A stretch of DNA of 64,000 nt from a virus (IMGVR_UViG_3300036453_000006:1022-65021); one strand, 5' to 3'. Shown: positions 10,231-19,053, counted from the stretch's first letter. The notes: generated by a model from the letters alone, not told the origin. Numbers and translations are program-made.

Positions 10231-10422
10231 TTACTTGTCAATGTCTCTAAGGCCCGCCACGATCTCCGTAAACTCAAGATCTGTAACATATTTAGTAACG
10301 CTGTTGGCCAAATCTTCAACCGCGGATATGAGTAGCTGGTTATCCTTGTGCACCTTAATCGTATAGAGCGTCAGGGTCGTAATTGAGACAATCCCAAGGG
10401 ATATGGCAAGCTTCTTAAACAT
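10231..10422 (-). CDS. small single-pass membrane protein
   Basis: 63 aa; N-terminal TM segment; GAAAGG RBS. Confidence 0.6.
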   Translation of the reverse strand: MFKKLAISLGIVSITTLTLYTIKVHKDNQLLISAVEDLANSVTKYVTDLEFTEIVAGLRDIDK

Positions 10423-10480
10423 GACGACCTTTCGATTTGAGAAAAGGAAAGACCGGGTTAGAGTCTTCCTTATTGGTGAT

Positions 10481-10660
10481 TTAGGTAAAATGGGCGATGA
10501 TTAATCTCGCTAGTAGGCCGAAGCTTGCTGCGATAATTGATCCGATAGCTATGATCTTAACGACGACTTTCATTAGGGAGGTCAAGTCGTCTTGGGAGTT
10601 AGCTGATGAATCAACCTCTGCTTTTAGCGGTGGGGCTAGAGCGCGAGTGGGGGTATTCAT
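10481..10660 (-). CDS. cassette gene: 59-aa membrane protein
   Basis: Manual translation MNTPTRALAPP...KVVVKIIAIGSIIAASFGLLARLIIAHFT; AAAGGAG RBS. Confidence 0.7.
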   Translation of the reverse strand: MNTPTRALAPPLKAEVDSSANSQDDLTSLMKVVVKIIAIGSIIAASFGLLARLIIAHFT

Positions 10661-10705
10661 AAGTCTCCTTTACGGGGGTCATTATATACCCTGTATAATC
10701 CGCGA

Positions 10706-10924
10706 CTAGATCTGATTGTAGATAATAAACATAACAGATCGTTCTACAAACAAAGTAATACTCCTTGATGGAAGCATGGATACGGGATATGCTTGGATCT
10801 TTACTTCGTTCGTGTCTTTAGACTTTTTGACTCGGGCAATGCGGTACAGTTGACCCGCAACCAGAATATAATCGTCTTGTAGAAGCTTTTTGGCTTTTAC
10901 AGCTTGCTCTTTCATTTTATCCAT
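10706..10924 (-). CDS. small beta-barrel-like protein
   Basis: 72 aa; A..L..DD.I..AG..Y pattern resembles 53949..54155. Confidence 0.55.
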   Translation of the reverse strand: MDKMKEQAVKAKKLLQDDYILVAGQLYRIARVKKSKDTNEVKIQAYPVSMLPSRSITLFVERSVMFIIYNQI

Positions 10925-11157
10925 CAGTTGTTACAACCTCAATCCAGGTTTCATGGGTCTCGTCCCTACAGCCGTTGGCATGAGCAATAGCACTCAATGC
11001 GTCATCGAGAAGCAGCAGTTTATGCGCAGCTTCAAAATCTTGACATTCGGTCTTACAAGCAATCCAAACTTGAAACTGCATAATATACCCCTTAGAAAGG
11101 CTATCAAAAAATGAAAAACCTTAAGCCCGTGTTAGGGGGCTGTTTGGCTTTTGAACT

Positions 11158-11421
11158 TTACTTCTCGTCGGGGGTTTCTTCGACGGGTGCTTCGGTCTCG
11201 GGGGTGAGAATCGTGAGTTTCTTGGCACGGCGGCGAGCACGCAGGGCGCTGATTCCACTCCAGATGCTTGCACCGACAACGTAGAGGAGGACGGGCGCGA
11301 GAGCGGCTCCGATTCCAATACCTGCCTGTACGAGTTGATCTTTGGTGGAGGGCGTCTGGTACTCGACCAGGATGTGGTCAGGGAACTCGACGGGGGTCTC
11401 GTTTGAGATGTTGGTGTCCAT
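11158..11421 (-). CDS. cassette gene: 87-aa membrane protein
   Basis: TM segment followed by basic RARRRAKK; own promoter and hairpin. Confidence 0.75.
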   Translation of the reverse strand: MDTNISNETPVEFPDHILVEYQTPSTKDQLVQAGIGIGAALAPVLLYVVGASIWSGISALRARRRAKKLTILTPETEAPVEETPDEK

Positions 11422-11654
11422 TTCTGGATTCCTTTCGTGAGGGGTTAGGGTTCACTATATACCTTGTAAATCTCGCGACTACTTGTTCGGATTGAACGAG
11501 CTGCGGGTCAAGGTCTCTTCCGACTCGTCAGGGTGATCCACCATATACGAGCTAACTAATCTAGCGATCACTTTATTCAAGTTATCGTACAATTCAATAC
11601 TCTTCGACGAGGACGTGAACTCGATCTTGATCATTTTATTTTCCTTAGAAAAGA

Positions 11655-11837
11655 TTAAATATAATCGGTCGTGGTCTTAAGTGTTCCGCTTGCAGGACTA
11701 AAGGTTCCAGTCACAGTTACGTCTGCGGTAACTTCGTGATCGAAACGGTGATCTTTCAAAGCATCCTGAATAGCGGTCCATACGAATTCAAACATTTCGT
11801 TATTCGTAGAATTTGAGACGAGTTCGATCTTAAACAT
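11655..11837 (-). CDS. hypothetical protein (60 aa)
   Basis: AAGGAG RBS; lies downstream of hairpin 11869-11885 and has no own class I promoter. Confidence 0.6.
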   Translation of the reverse strand: MFKIELVSNSTNNEMFEFVWTAIQDALKDHRFDHEVTADVTVTGTFSPASGTLKTTTDYI

Positions 11838-11896
11838 AATTGCTCCTTAGAAAAAAACAAAAACCTTAAGCCCGTGTAAGGGGCTGTTGGTTGGGT

Positions 11897-12016
11897 TTAG
11901 AGGGATTCGATGCTTTTGTACTGCTCTTTGTTGTACTGCACAGCGAAGACACTGACGATCACGATGGTGATGACAGATGCTGCGGTGGCAATGATAACTT
12001 TGAGGTTCTTGGACAT
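11897..12016 (-). CDS. cassette gene: 39-aa membrane peptide
   Basis: MSKNLKVIIATAASVITIVIVSVFAVQYNKEQYKSIESL; start reset to ATG 12016 after AAAGGA. Confidence 0.7.
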   Translation of the reverse strand: MSKNLKVIIATAASVITIVIVSVFAVQYNKEQYKSIESL

Positions 12017-12105
12017 ATTAATGTTCCTTTCTAAGGGGTCATTATATGCGTTGTAATTTTCGCGAAAGCGTAAGCCCGTGTTAGGGGCTGTGGCTTTGAC
12101 TGGCG

Positions 12106-12360
12106 TTAAACTAGAGGTCGTACTGATGTGTAGGCTGTGTGGCTTAAAGCACCATGCGGTAGTCTTACGGTAATTCGATAAGTACCATTCAGCGTTACTG
12201 GGCCATGTCGTTTTTCGTGTCTTGCGGCTGTACCTACGAGTAGGATACGGTGCCACAAATTATAACGTTTCGATGATTGCCAGGTAGCTGTAGTGAATGA
12301 TTTATCTTCGAATAGTTCGTAGTATAAAACATAGGCTTCAAGTATTTTTTGCTTGAACAT
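12106..12360 (-). CDS. cassette gene, paralog A (84 aa)
   Basis: Own promoter, RBS and hairpin; clearly homologous to 12448..12690. Confidence 0.8.
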   Translation of the reverse strand: MFKQKILEAYVLYYELFEDKSFTTATWQSSKRYNLWHRILLVGTAARHEKRHGPVTLNGTYRITVRLPHGALSHTAYTSVRPLV

Positions 12361-12447
12361 ATAGTTTCCTTTGTTTGTGAGGGGTCATTATATGCCATGT
12401 AGAAACTGCGAAAACCTAAAGCCCGGGTTAGGGGCTATGGCTTTGAT

Positions 12448-12690
12448 TTACAAACCTTTCTCAATGCGAACGTTGGTGTACTTAAAGAATTGCATTTTTA
12501 CGCGGACGGTATAGATAGAGTTCTTCTCAATGGGGCCTCGGCGCTTTTCATAGATCGAAGCTGATCCTCCGAGTATTAGTCGGTGGAGGAGTTTTTGATT
12601 TTTTGTTGAGCGCCATACGGCGATTGGGAACGACTCGTATTCAAATACGTCATGGTATAATACAAGAGCTTTTAGGTTCAGAGTTTTCAT
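12448..12690 (-). CDS. cassette gene, paralog B (80 aa)
   Basis: Shares VLY..FE..SF..A.W.S.K...L.HR..L.G.A...EKR.GP...N..Y with 12106..12360. Confidence 0.8.
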   Translation of the reverse strand: MKTLNLKALVLYHDVFEYESFPIAVWRSTKNQKLLHRLILGGSASIYEKRRGPIEKNSIYTVRVKMQFFKYTNVRIEKGL

Positions 12691-12776
12691 AATGATCCTT
12701 TGTTTGTGAGGGGTCATTATAAGCCCTGTAGAAACTGCGAAAACCTAAAGCCCGTGTTAGGGGCTGTTGGCTTGAC

Positions 12777-13043
12777 TTACTTATCTTTTGATAGGGAGTG
12801 TAGGTAAAATTCCATATCTCGGACGGACATGCTTACTGCTTGATCGATGGTAGTTCGCTGAAGCTGCTCGATGTTCAGCATTGCGGTCTCGAATTCCTTA
12901 CGCATAGCGGTGAGAGCTACCTGCTGCTTTTTGAGCTTGAGGTATTTCTTTGCAACGGTTCGGAGGAGTGCAACGCTGATCGAGAAGCCAACAAAGGCGC
13001 CAATGATCAGAACAATAAGAACGATGGTCAGAATGGTATTCAT
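12777..13043 (-). CDS. cassette gene: membrane protein with coiled coil (88 aa)
   Basis: N-terminal TM segment, AAAGGA RBS. Confidence 0.75.
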   Translation of the reverse strand: MNTILTIVLIVLIIGAFVGFSISVALLRTVAKKYLKLKKQQVALTAMRKEFETAMLNIEQLQRTTIDQAVSMSVRDMEFYLHSLSKDK

Positions 13044-13103
13044 GATAATCCTTTTTGTAGGTGAGGGGTCATTATATACCGTGTAGGAATCGCGATTGAA
13101 TAC

Positions 13104-13295
13104 CTACGGTTTGGGTTTTTTATTCTCTAGACGCTCGGCACGCATCTCGGCACCAATTCTTTTCCAGACTTTCCTGGAGACCACGATTGCATTCCAAATA
13201 CTTTTTCGGATCATGAATATGATGATCGCAAAGAATAATAGAATGACACTTCCGACGATTATAAGTGTTTGACCGATGAGTTGTAAAACGTCCAT
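13104..13295 (-). CDS. small membrane protein (63 aa)
   Basis: TM segment plus basic tail; no own class I promoter. Confidence 0.6.
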   Translation of the reverse strand: MDVLQLIGQTLIIVGSVILLFFAIIIFMIRKSIWNAIVVSRKVWKRIGAEMRAERLENKKPKP

Positions 13296-13365
13296 AATAT
13301 AAAACTCTCTTTAGTGGTTTACGAAATTGAAAAACCTAAAGCCCGTGTTAGGGGCTGTTGGCTTC

Positions 13366-13512
13366 TTAGGCCTGCTTGATGGCAGCCAGTTCGGCTTCAA
13401 GAACTTCGGTCTTCTTGTTCTGCTTTTGGACGATGAGCTGCTTCTGGGTGGAGGCGGCCTTTTCGACCTTGGCGAGAACAATCTGAGCGCGGAGCTTCTG
13501 ATTCTTGAACAT
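13366..13512 (-). CDS. cassette gene: 48-aa basic coiled-coil peptide
   Basis: Manual translation MFKNQKLRAQIVLAKVEKAASTQKQLIVQKQNKKTEVLEAELAAIKQA; AAAGGA RBS. Confidence 0.75.
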   Translation of the reverse strand: MFKNQKLRAQIVLAKVEKAASTQKQLIVQKQNKKTEVLEAELAAIKQA

Positions 13513-13601
13513 GGTGTTCCTTTCAATTAGGTGTTTAGGGGTCATTATATACCATGTAATTTTCGCGAAAACCTAAGCCCATGTTAGGGGCTGTTGGGTT
13601 C

Positions 13602-13757
13602 TTAATCTTTTTGAATTTGAACTTTTGGATTATAATGGGGGATACGGGTTTGAAGAATATGTTCTACGGCATTCTTAGCACTTTCCGGTGTGTGGAATAT
13701 GCCTGGGGTGTAGTCCAGTTCAACTTCAACAATCAGTATTACCGTTTTGTGGTCCAT
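13602..13757 (-). CDS. cassette gene (51 aa)
   Basis: Manual translation MDHKTVILIVEVELDYTPG...KVQIQKD; AAAGGA RBS. Confidence 0.7.
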   Translation of the reverse strand: MDHKTVILIVEVELDYTPGIFHTPESAKNAVEHILQTRIPHYNPKVQIQKD

Positions 13758-13837
13758 GATGTTCCTTTCAAGGGGTCATTATATACCATGTAGAAAACGC
13801 GAAAAAGAAAGCCTGGTTAGGGCTTCCTTCTTTGAAC

Positions 13838-14017
13838 TTACTTGTCGAGAAGCTTTTTCTTGAGCTGCTTGGCGCGTCCGAGCATCGTTCGATCGACCTG
13901 TCGTGCAATCTTGCGCTTGGTGGATACGAATACGAGTTCGTATACGAGGCCAATGAGCGAGAGTGCACTGACAGCTGCGACGACGATGGTCCAGGTGGCG
14001 CCTAGTTTCTTAAACAT
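13838..14017 (-). CDS. cassette gene: 59-aa membrane protein
   Basis: MFKKLGATWTIVVAAVSALSLIGLVYELVFV plus basic tail; AAAGGAG RBS. Confidence 0.75.
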   Translation of the reverse strand: MFKKLGATWTIVVAAVSALSLIGLVYELVFVSTKRKIARQVDRTMLGRAKQLKKKLLDK

Positions 14018-14110
14018 AGTTTCTCCTTTGTAGTGGGTTCTATTATAGGCCTTGTAAAAACTGCGAAAAAAAGAAAGCCGGGTTAGGGCTCCCTTTTGAT
14101 CCGTTAAGGA

Positions 14111-14203
14111 TCACATTGGTCGATTAAATCTCGATCGGGCGAGGAGGAGTACGACTGCGAGGAACAGTACGAGTCCTCCAAAGAACGATATGAATGACAT
14201 CAT
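14111..14203 (-). CDS. cassette gene: 30-aa membrane peptide
   Basis: MMSFISFFGGLVLFLAVVLLLARSRFNRPM; AAAGGA RBS. Confidence 0.65.
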   Translation of the reverse strand: MMSFISFFGGLVLFLAVVLLLARSRFNRPM

Positions 14204-14287
14204 AGCGATTCCTTTCTGGGGGTCATTATATGCCATGTAGAACTCGCGAAACGAAAAACGTAAGCCCGTGTTAGGGGCTGTGGTTTT

Positions 14288-14560
14288 TTACTTGATACGG
14301 GTGAGGATGTCGTTGGCTTCGAGGTACTCATCAGTACATGGGATCGAACCACCATGATTCGCAATGTAGGCGTTCAACTTTGTTGCTGCGCGATCATATG
14401 CACGCATGTCGATTTCGTCGGCGTTGATTTGGGCATGGCCAGTTTCAACGTCGAGGTTATAGACACGGAGATTGTTGATTGCATAAGCTTCAATAGTTGA
14501 AAGCCTAACAGTGTGTTTGGGGTCCGATCCATACTGATAGGTATTCTTACGATTAAACAT
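14288..14560 (-). CDS. cassette gene (90 aa)
   Basis: Start reset to MFNRKN at 14560 after AAAGGA. Confidence 0.75.
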   Translation of the reverse strand: MFNRKNTYQYGSDPKHTVRLSTIEAYAINNLRVYNLDVETGHAQINADEIDMRAYDRAATKLNAYIANHGGSIPCTDEYLEANDILTRIK

Positions 14561-14638
14561 AATGTTCCTTTCAAGAGGGGTCATTATAAGCACTGTAGAA
14601 CTCGCGAAAAGAAAAAGGCCTTGTTAGGGCCTCATTCT

Positions 14639-14827
14639 TTAGTCTTCAGGTAGGTAGTATTCGTCATACAGATCTTTTTCGACGAGGAATCCGTTCAGTG
14701 ACTTGATGCCTTGTCTCTGGAGCACTACGCTGGCAATACTGGTTAGAGTAACGACAATTGTAGTGATCAGGATTTGGCGTTCGTGGTCAACGATGAACTT
14801 CTTCGTTCGAGCGGTAATTTTCTTCAT
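14639..14827 (-). CDS. cassette gene: 62-aa membrane protein
   Basis: MKKITART... with central TM segment. Confidence 0.7.
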   Translation of the reverse strand: MKKITARTKKFIVDHERQILITTIVVTLTSIASVVLQRQGIKSLNGFLVEKDLYDEYYLPED

Positions 14828-14922
14828 TAGATAATGCCTTTCGTGAGGGGTCATTATAAGGCATGTAGAAACCGCGAAAAACTATAACCTTTGTGATATT
14901 ATCGTGAGGTTACAGATTTGGG

Positions 14923-15159
14923 TTAGATCCGATCGGCGATGACGATATCTGTGGATATGGCTCTTACGTATTTGTAGTGCTTTTCAACGACACTAAGCGG
15001 GACGAAGGACAGCAGGGAGACTGCATCTTCATCGAGATCGACTATGGTGAATCTGTTATTTAACAAAAACTTCCGTAGGGATTCGACGAAGCGGCATCCT
15101 TGCTCTTCTTCAGCCACAATGAGTTGTGTTTCGGTGAGTTGGCTAATAGCGTATGGCAT
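14923..15159 (-). CDS. cassette gene (78 aa)
   Basis: Own promoter 15178-15209 and AAAGGA RBS. Confidence 0.7.
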   Translation of the reverse strand: MPYAISQLTETQLIVAEEEQGCRFVESLRKFLLNNRFTIVDLDEDAVSLLSFVPLSVVEKHYKYVRAISTDIVIADRI

Positions 15160-15245
15160 TAGATTTCCTTTCGTGTAGGGGTCTATTATATGCCATGTAG
15201 AAACCGCGAAAACATAAACCCGTGTTAGGGGTTGTTTGTTTTTGA

Positions 15246-15461
15246 TTACTTCTTTCGGTTCCAGAACTTACGGTTAAGTAGTTCAGTACGCTGGTGTCGA
15301 GCATGTGATGCAGCTCCGGCAACGAAGTTGTAGTTCTTCTGTAAGAGTTCGAAGGTCTCGAATGAGACTTCGTCCTTTAAACAAGACTGCAACAGTTCGC
15401 GGGCGAGGTTGATGGCATTGTGCTCTTGAACGGTGTACGGAGCAATTTTGTGCTTGAACAT
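15246..15461 (-). CDS. cassette gene (71 aa)
   Basis: Own promoter 15476-15506, RBS, hairpin 15217-15233. Confidence 0.75.
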   Translation of the reverse strand: MFKHKIAPYTVQEHNAINLARELLQSCLKDEVSFETFELLQKNYNFVAGAASHARHQRTELLNRKFWNRKK

Positions 15462-15545
15462 GGGGTCCTTTCAGAGGGGTCATTATATACCATGTAAAAG
15501 CTGCGAAAACATAAACCCGTGTTAGGGGTTGTTTGTTTTTATAGG

Positions 15546-15725
15546 TTAGTCGATAGTGGTATTCTGTTTAAACCAGGCCTCAAGTTCTTCACGGATAGGT
15601 CGCTCTACTACTTCAAGTTGTTCGAGGGCGTCTGGAGCAGATGCTTTTTGGTCATCAGCCCAGAAGTCATTTATTATCTTGTCATAGTCAGCGCGAATTT
15701 CGCTCATGGTACGTGGGGTGGTCAT
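15546..15725 (-). CDS. cassette gene: 59-aa acidic protein
   Basis: Manual translation MTTPRTMSEIRADYDKIINDFWADD...WFKQNTTID; AAAGGA RBS. Confidence 0.7.
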   Translation of the reverse strand: MTTPRTMSEIRADYDKIINDFWADDQKASAPDALEQLEVVERPIREELEAWFKQNTTID

Positions 15726-15887
15726 TATAGATTCCTTTCTAAGGGGTCATTATATACCCTGTAAAACTAGCGACCTTTTGACCTAAAACTCCACCCGGGA
15801 AAATTTTAAGAATCGTTGTAGGACTTGCGAAAACATAGAAGCCGTGCTACTTTTTGGGTATTAGTAACACGGCTTCGCGGTTTTGGC

Positions 15888-16199
15888 CTATTTGATGATA
15901 GGGCCTGATTTGAGATTAGGTTTGATCACAAATCCGATTGCCTTGGAGGTTATGACGTTGAACTTCTCGAATCCCAGGATCATTCCCAGTCCGAAGACAT
16001 GCGCGCCGGCGTTAAGCAGTGCGTCACCCGTGAACTTACTTTTCTTCCGAGTGGAAGACCAGAGTTTGTAGAGGATATCGTACTGCTTGACGGCGGCTTC
16101 GTATTCTTTGGACGTGGAGCTGAGGCCTGAGAGTTCGTCGAGAACTCGGTCAAGTTCCTCTTTGAGTGTATCGGTTATGAGCTGCTTTTTCTTAAACAA
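15888..16199 (-). CDS. coiled-coil protein with C-terminal membrane segment, downstream of holin
   Basis: 103 aa, TTG start after AAAGGA; own class I promoter 16218-16248. Confidence 0.7.
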   Translation of the reverse strand: MFKKKQLITDTLKEELDRVLDELSGLSSTSKEYEAAVKQYDILYKLWSSTRKKSKFTGDALLNAGAHVFGLGMILGFEKFNVITSKAIGFVIKPNLKSGPIIK

Positions 16200-16249
16200 G
16201 CGCGTTTCCTTTCAAGAGGGGTCATTATAAGCGTTGTTTTTGTTGCGAA

Positions 16250-16537
16250 CTAATTCAAATGCTGGTTATTTACCTCTACCGCAGCGGCACTTTTATTGTA
16301 CGATACGTTACTAAGGCCCAGAATAGCCGCAAGGAACACGGTTACGAGCGAGATCGTACCTACAACCTGAGTGCCAAACGGGAAGATCCACAGTACTGAC
16401 AGGCCTGCATACAACGTGGCTGCAGCCGGCATGACGTATTGCACAAGGAACTTCAGCCGGTCATAGACCCCGGTCGTCAGGAACGACGTGGGGCTGTCTG
16501 CGTGGGCAGGGCCACTGTTATTCGTAGACATATTCAT
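16250..16537 (-). CDS. holin (Dp-1-type)
   Basis: YDRLKFLVQYVMPAAATLYAGLSVLW.FPFGTQVVGTI...FLAAILGLS, two TM segments, at the end of the tail module. Confidence 0.8.
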   Translation of the reverse strand: MNMSTNNSGPAHADSPTSFLTTGVYDRLKFLVQYVMPAAATLYAGLSVLWIFPFGTQVVGTISLVTVFLAAILGLSNVSYNKSAAAVEVNNQHLN

Positions 16538-16564
16538 CCTTCTTCATTTATTTAGGTTAGTATT

Positions 16565-17380
16565 CTAAGTTGGCTTCTTATAGACGCCAGATATCTTGAC
16601 ATATGGCAGTGCTATCTTATAAACACCTGAGAGTTTTACATACGGGACAGCATAAGAATAGGCACCATTGACTTTAAGTCTTGCTGGAGCCATGGTAGCA
16701 ACTACGAGTAGCCCCGAGGCATTCGAATATCCATTATTATCAGCAGAGCCATTGTGGGCATATACACGCCAAGAATAAGTCTTTCCTGGAGTCAGGCCAC
16801 TAATTACACGAGCTGTATTATTAGCCGTCGTATCGGTATATCCCCCAGTTCCGTCGGCCGTCTCGTACCTACGAAGTAGATAGTGGTCGATACCCGATCC
16901 AGCATTATCCGCCGAACCAGTCCAAGATAGCTTCATACTCTGCGGAAGGATCTCACTAGCTACAGGGGTTCCTGGGGACGAGGGCCTTTTCGGGATACGG
17001 GGTGGTGCGGGCAGAATTGCAGTATCGTTGAAGCTTACCCAACCCGACAACACTTGTCGAACAGTTCTGTCGCCAAGATATCCGTTAACATCATGTCCCA
17101 CGTCAAATGCCCAGGCGCCGTCATACCAACGAGTACCATTTGTCGGAACTCCTGACGGCAGTGTGCCGCTGTGACTGCCTGATCCTATACCGTCAACTTG
17201 ACCTGTCTGTGTGCCCTGGTTGTTATTAAACGAACCAGTGCTACCACGGTTAACAGCTTTAATATAAATATGAAGTGTCGAATAGTTTCCAGCCTGGTTT
17301 TGACTTACCCAGTCACACTCTGTATAGAAGTCCGTAGTTGGGGCTGAACCCGAACCTCTAGCGATTCTAGTAGTACCCAT
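16565..17380 (-). CDS. minor tail protein with fibronectin type III domain
   Basis: PSSPGTP...LSWT...I.HY.LRR...GLTPGKTYSWRVYAHN FN3 pattern; C-terminal PYVK.SGVYK repeat. Confidence 0.75.
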   Translation of the reverse strand: MGTTRIARGSGSAPTTDFYTECDWVSQNQAGNYSTLHIYIKAVNRGSTGSFNNNQGTQTGQVDGIGSGSHSGTLPSGVPTNGTRWYDGAWAFDVGHDVNGYLGDRTVRQVLSGWVSFNDTAILPAPPRIPKRPSSPGTPVASEILPQSMKLSWTGSADNAGSGIDHYLLRRYETADGTGGYTDTTANNTARVISGLTPGKTYSWRVYAHNGSADNNGYSNASGLLVVATMAPARLKVNGAYSYAVPYVKLSGVYKIALPYVKISGVYKKPT

Positions 17381-17388
17381 TATATGAC

Positions 17389-17634
17389 CTAGATAATCTT
17401 AAAGTAGATAGTTCCGTTGGGTTTCCCGTCAGAATTAACTGGGTCCGACGTACCGGATGTGATTCCGGATGAGTTCTGAAAACCCGTTATACCAACTGGA
17501 ATCAACTTCTTAACTAGGGCAATAATATCTCGAGTACGGTTAAGTTCACGAGCACCCCATCGAACACGTCCTTCTTCACCTGTATCCGGTACAAGTGGAT
17601 ATCCAGCTTGTGTTGCATCGTCTCCGATGGCCAT
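17389..17634 (-). CDS. minor tail protein
   Basis: 81 aa; GTSDP...G..IYFKI tail motif. Confidence 0.6.
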   Translation of the reverse strand: MAIGDDATQAGYPLVPDTGEEGRVRWGARELNRTRDIIALVKKLIPVGITGFQNSSGITSGTSDPVNSDGKPNGTIYFKII

Positions 17635-17655
17635 CAGTCAACCTCCTTATATGTA

Positions 17656-19053
17656 TTAAGCTTCAACCCAAGTACCTACAACGTTCTCCCAGACCTGGTT
17701 GTAGTCCCAAGCAAACCAGGAACCAGGCGTAATAAATAGATCGATAGCTAGTGTTGGATATGATCGGTCACCAGCGGTGTCAGATACAAAGATCTGTTCA
17801 GTGACACGCATATTGTTTGTGACGCCATCCTGATTTCGCATCTCTACAAGATCGCCTAGCTCGTAATGCTGCGTATATCGATATGATCCTGTCTGTGGAA
17901 TCTCTCCGTCAAAAGCTGAGATAGAACGCCACTTGGCTAGTTCAACTGTTCCTCGTTGTTTCAGGGTTACAATCATAGCAGTCGTCTCATCAGCATTAAG
18001 TGCAAGAGACGCATCTCGAGCTGCATAAATATCTGCAACCTCGGTACCAACCCAAGTGTTTCTAGTAACAACCGTATTGATTTTAGCTGGATCTACGGAC
18101 CACAAACGTTCTTGTCGAACAAGTCGATTCAAAGCATCTTTTTCAGCTGCCAGTGCATTATCCAAACCAATAGCTTTGTTAATAGCCGTTTCCTGACCAT
18201 TGGTTAATGTCTTAGCCCGCTCAGGATATGTGATATCACTAGCATCGACAAGTAACACTCGCCTCTGAAAGCCTGAAGTATTTGCATCTGCACCGTCAAC
18301 ATAGACAATTGTCGACTCAACCGGTGAAAATACGTACGCAATATTTCGGTACGAATCAATCGATGTTAATTCCGAAACGTCAGTAAGGTTATCTAGTTCT
18401 GGACTGAACACTACTGGTGGGAGAATACTCTGTAGTGTAGTGTGATCGTTACCTGAATATACGTCAAACATTAGCTGCGACTTATCCATATTACGAACTA
18501 TTCGAAAGCCTAGACTATACGCCTCGCAGATATCTTTGATCGATTCATATACACTTCCAAACTCAAGGTATACTGTAATAATATCCTCGGGCTCTGTAAT
18601 GGTACTCTTTGGGTATAACGATCCGGCAACCAAGAACGGAATGTTATCTCCAGGTTGAGCGGTATTGGTTCTACAAATTGTGTCAAATATCTGACGAACA
18701 ATATTGGCCGGGGTTCCGACTAACCGCCACTTAGCTCCAGATATCCCGCTAGCCAGCCCATGCCGATTTATACGCTCGAGCAACAATGCCTCTAGCGATC
18801 GACCGGTAATTTTGAGCATGGTTTTACCCTCAGAGTCTAATGTATCCTCCACGGTCTCGATTGTCATCACGCGATTTGATTCGGTAATAGCCAATCGTGT
18901 TCCCGCGGTGAGTAGGCTTCGCATGGCAAAGGTAGAGAAAATGTTAAGTTCGAAATCCCCAAAAGCTGAAAGTCGCTCTGTCCAGATACAGGTTTCAAAG
19001 GTGTCCACTACTCGTGTACGACGAAGTACGCTGTCAAGCGTGTACACCTCCAT
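17656..19053 (-). CDS. baseplate hub / Tal-like minor tail protein (ReqiPepy6 gp37-like)
   Basis: Position after Dit; IWTER...GDFEL, YELGDLV.M motifs. Confidence 0.8.
   Translation of the reverse strand: MEVYTLDSVLRRTRVVDTFETCIWTERLSAFGDFELNIFSTFAMRSLLTAGTRLAITESNRVMTIETVEDTLDSEGKTMLKITGRSLEALLLERINRHGLASGISGAKWRLVGTPANIVRQIFDTICRTNTAQPGDNIPFLVAGSLYPKSTITEPEDIITVYLEFGSVYESIKDICEAYSLGFRIVRNMDKSQLMFDVYSGNDHTTLQSILPPVVFSPELDNLTDVSELTSIDSYRNIAYVFSPVESTIVYVDGADANTSGFQRRVLLVDASDITYPERAKTLTNGQETAINKAIGLDNALAAEKDALNRLVRQERLWSVDPAKINTVVTRNTWVGTEVADIYAARDASLALNADETTAMIVTLKQRGTVELAKWRSISAFDGEIPQTGSYRYTQHYELGDLVEMRNQDGVTNNMRVTEQIFVSDTAGDRSYPTLAIDLFITPGSWFAWDYNQVWENVVGTWVEA

Larger units (their letters stand above)
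10446..16248 (-). repeat. array of promoter-ORF-hairpin cassettes (16 promoter motifs, 14 CTAAC-loop hairpins)
   Basis: Plus-strand repeat GGGGTCATTATA-N5-TGTA-N6-GCGA starting at 10675, 11448, 12035, 12381, 12710, 13065, 13538, 13772, 14035, 14219, 14577, 14847, 15178, 15476, 15743, 16218, alternating with AGCCC-GTGTTAG-GGGCT-type hairpins. Confidence 0.95.

Noticed and set aside
15710-15730. Additional promoter TATAATGACC overlapping the start codon at 15725
   Set aside because: The upstream TACA and TCGC boxes are not at the required spacing; probably incidental or a duplication remnant.
10675-16248. Regularly recurring roughly 30-bp repeat resembling a CRISPR array
   Set aside because: Intervals are 180-770 bp, variable, and contain RBS-led ORFs; the repeat is a spaced promoter consensus; no cas operon is present.
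10446-16248. True integron with attC sites
   Set aside because: No tyrosine recombinase in the window, no RYYYAAC/GTTRRRY-bounded long imperfect palindromes, and each unit has its own promoter, unlike typical integron cassettes.
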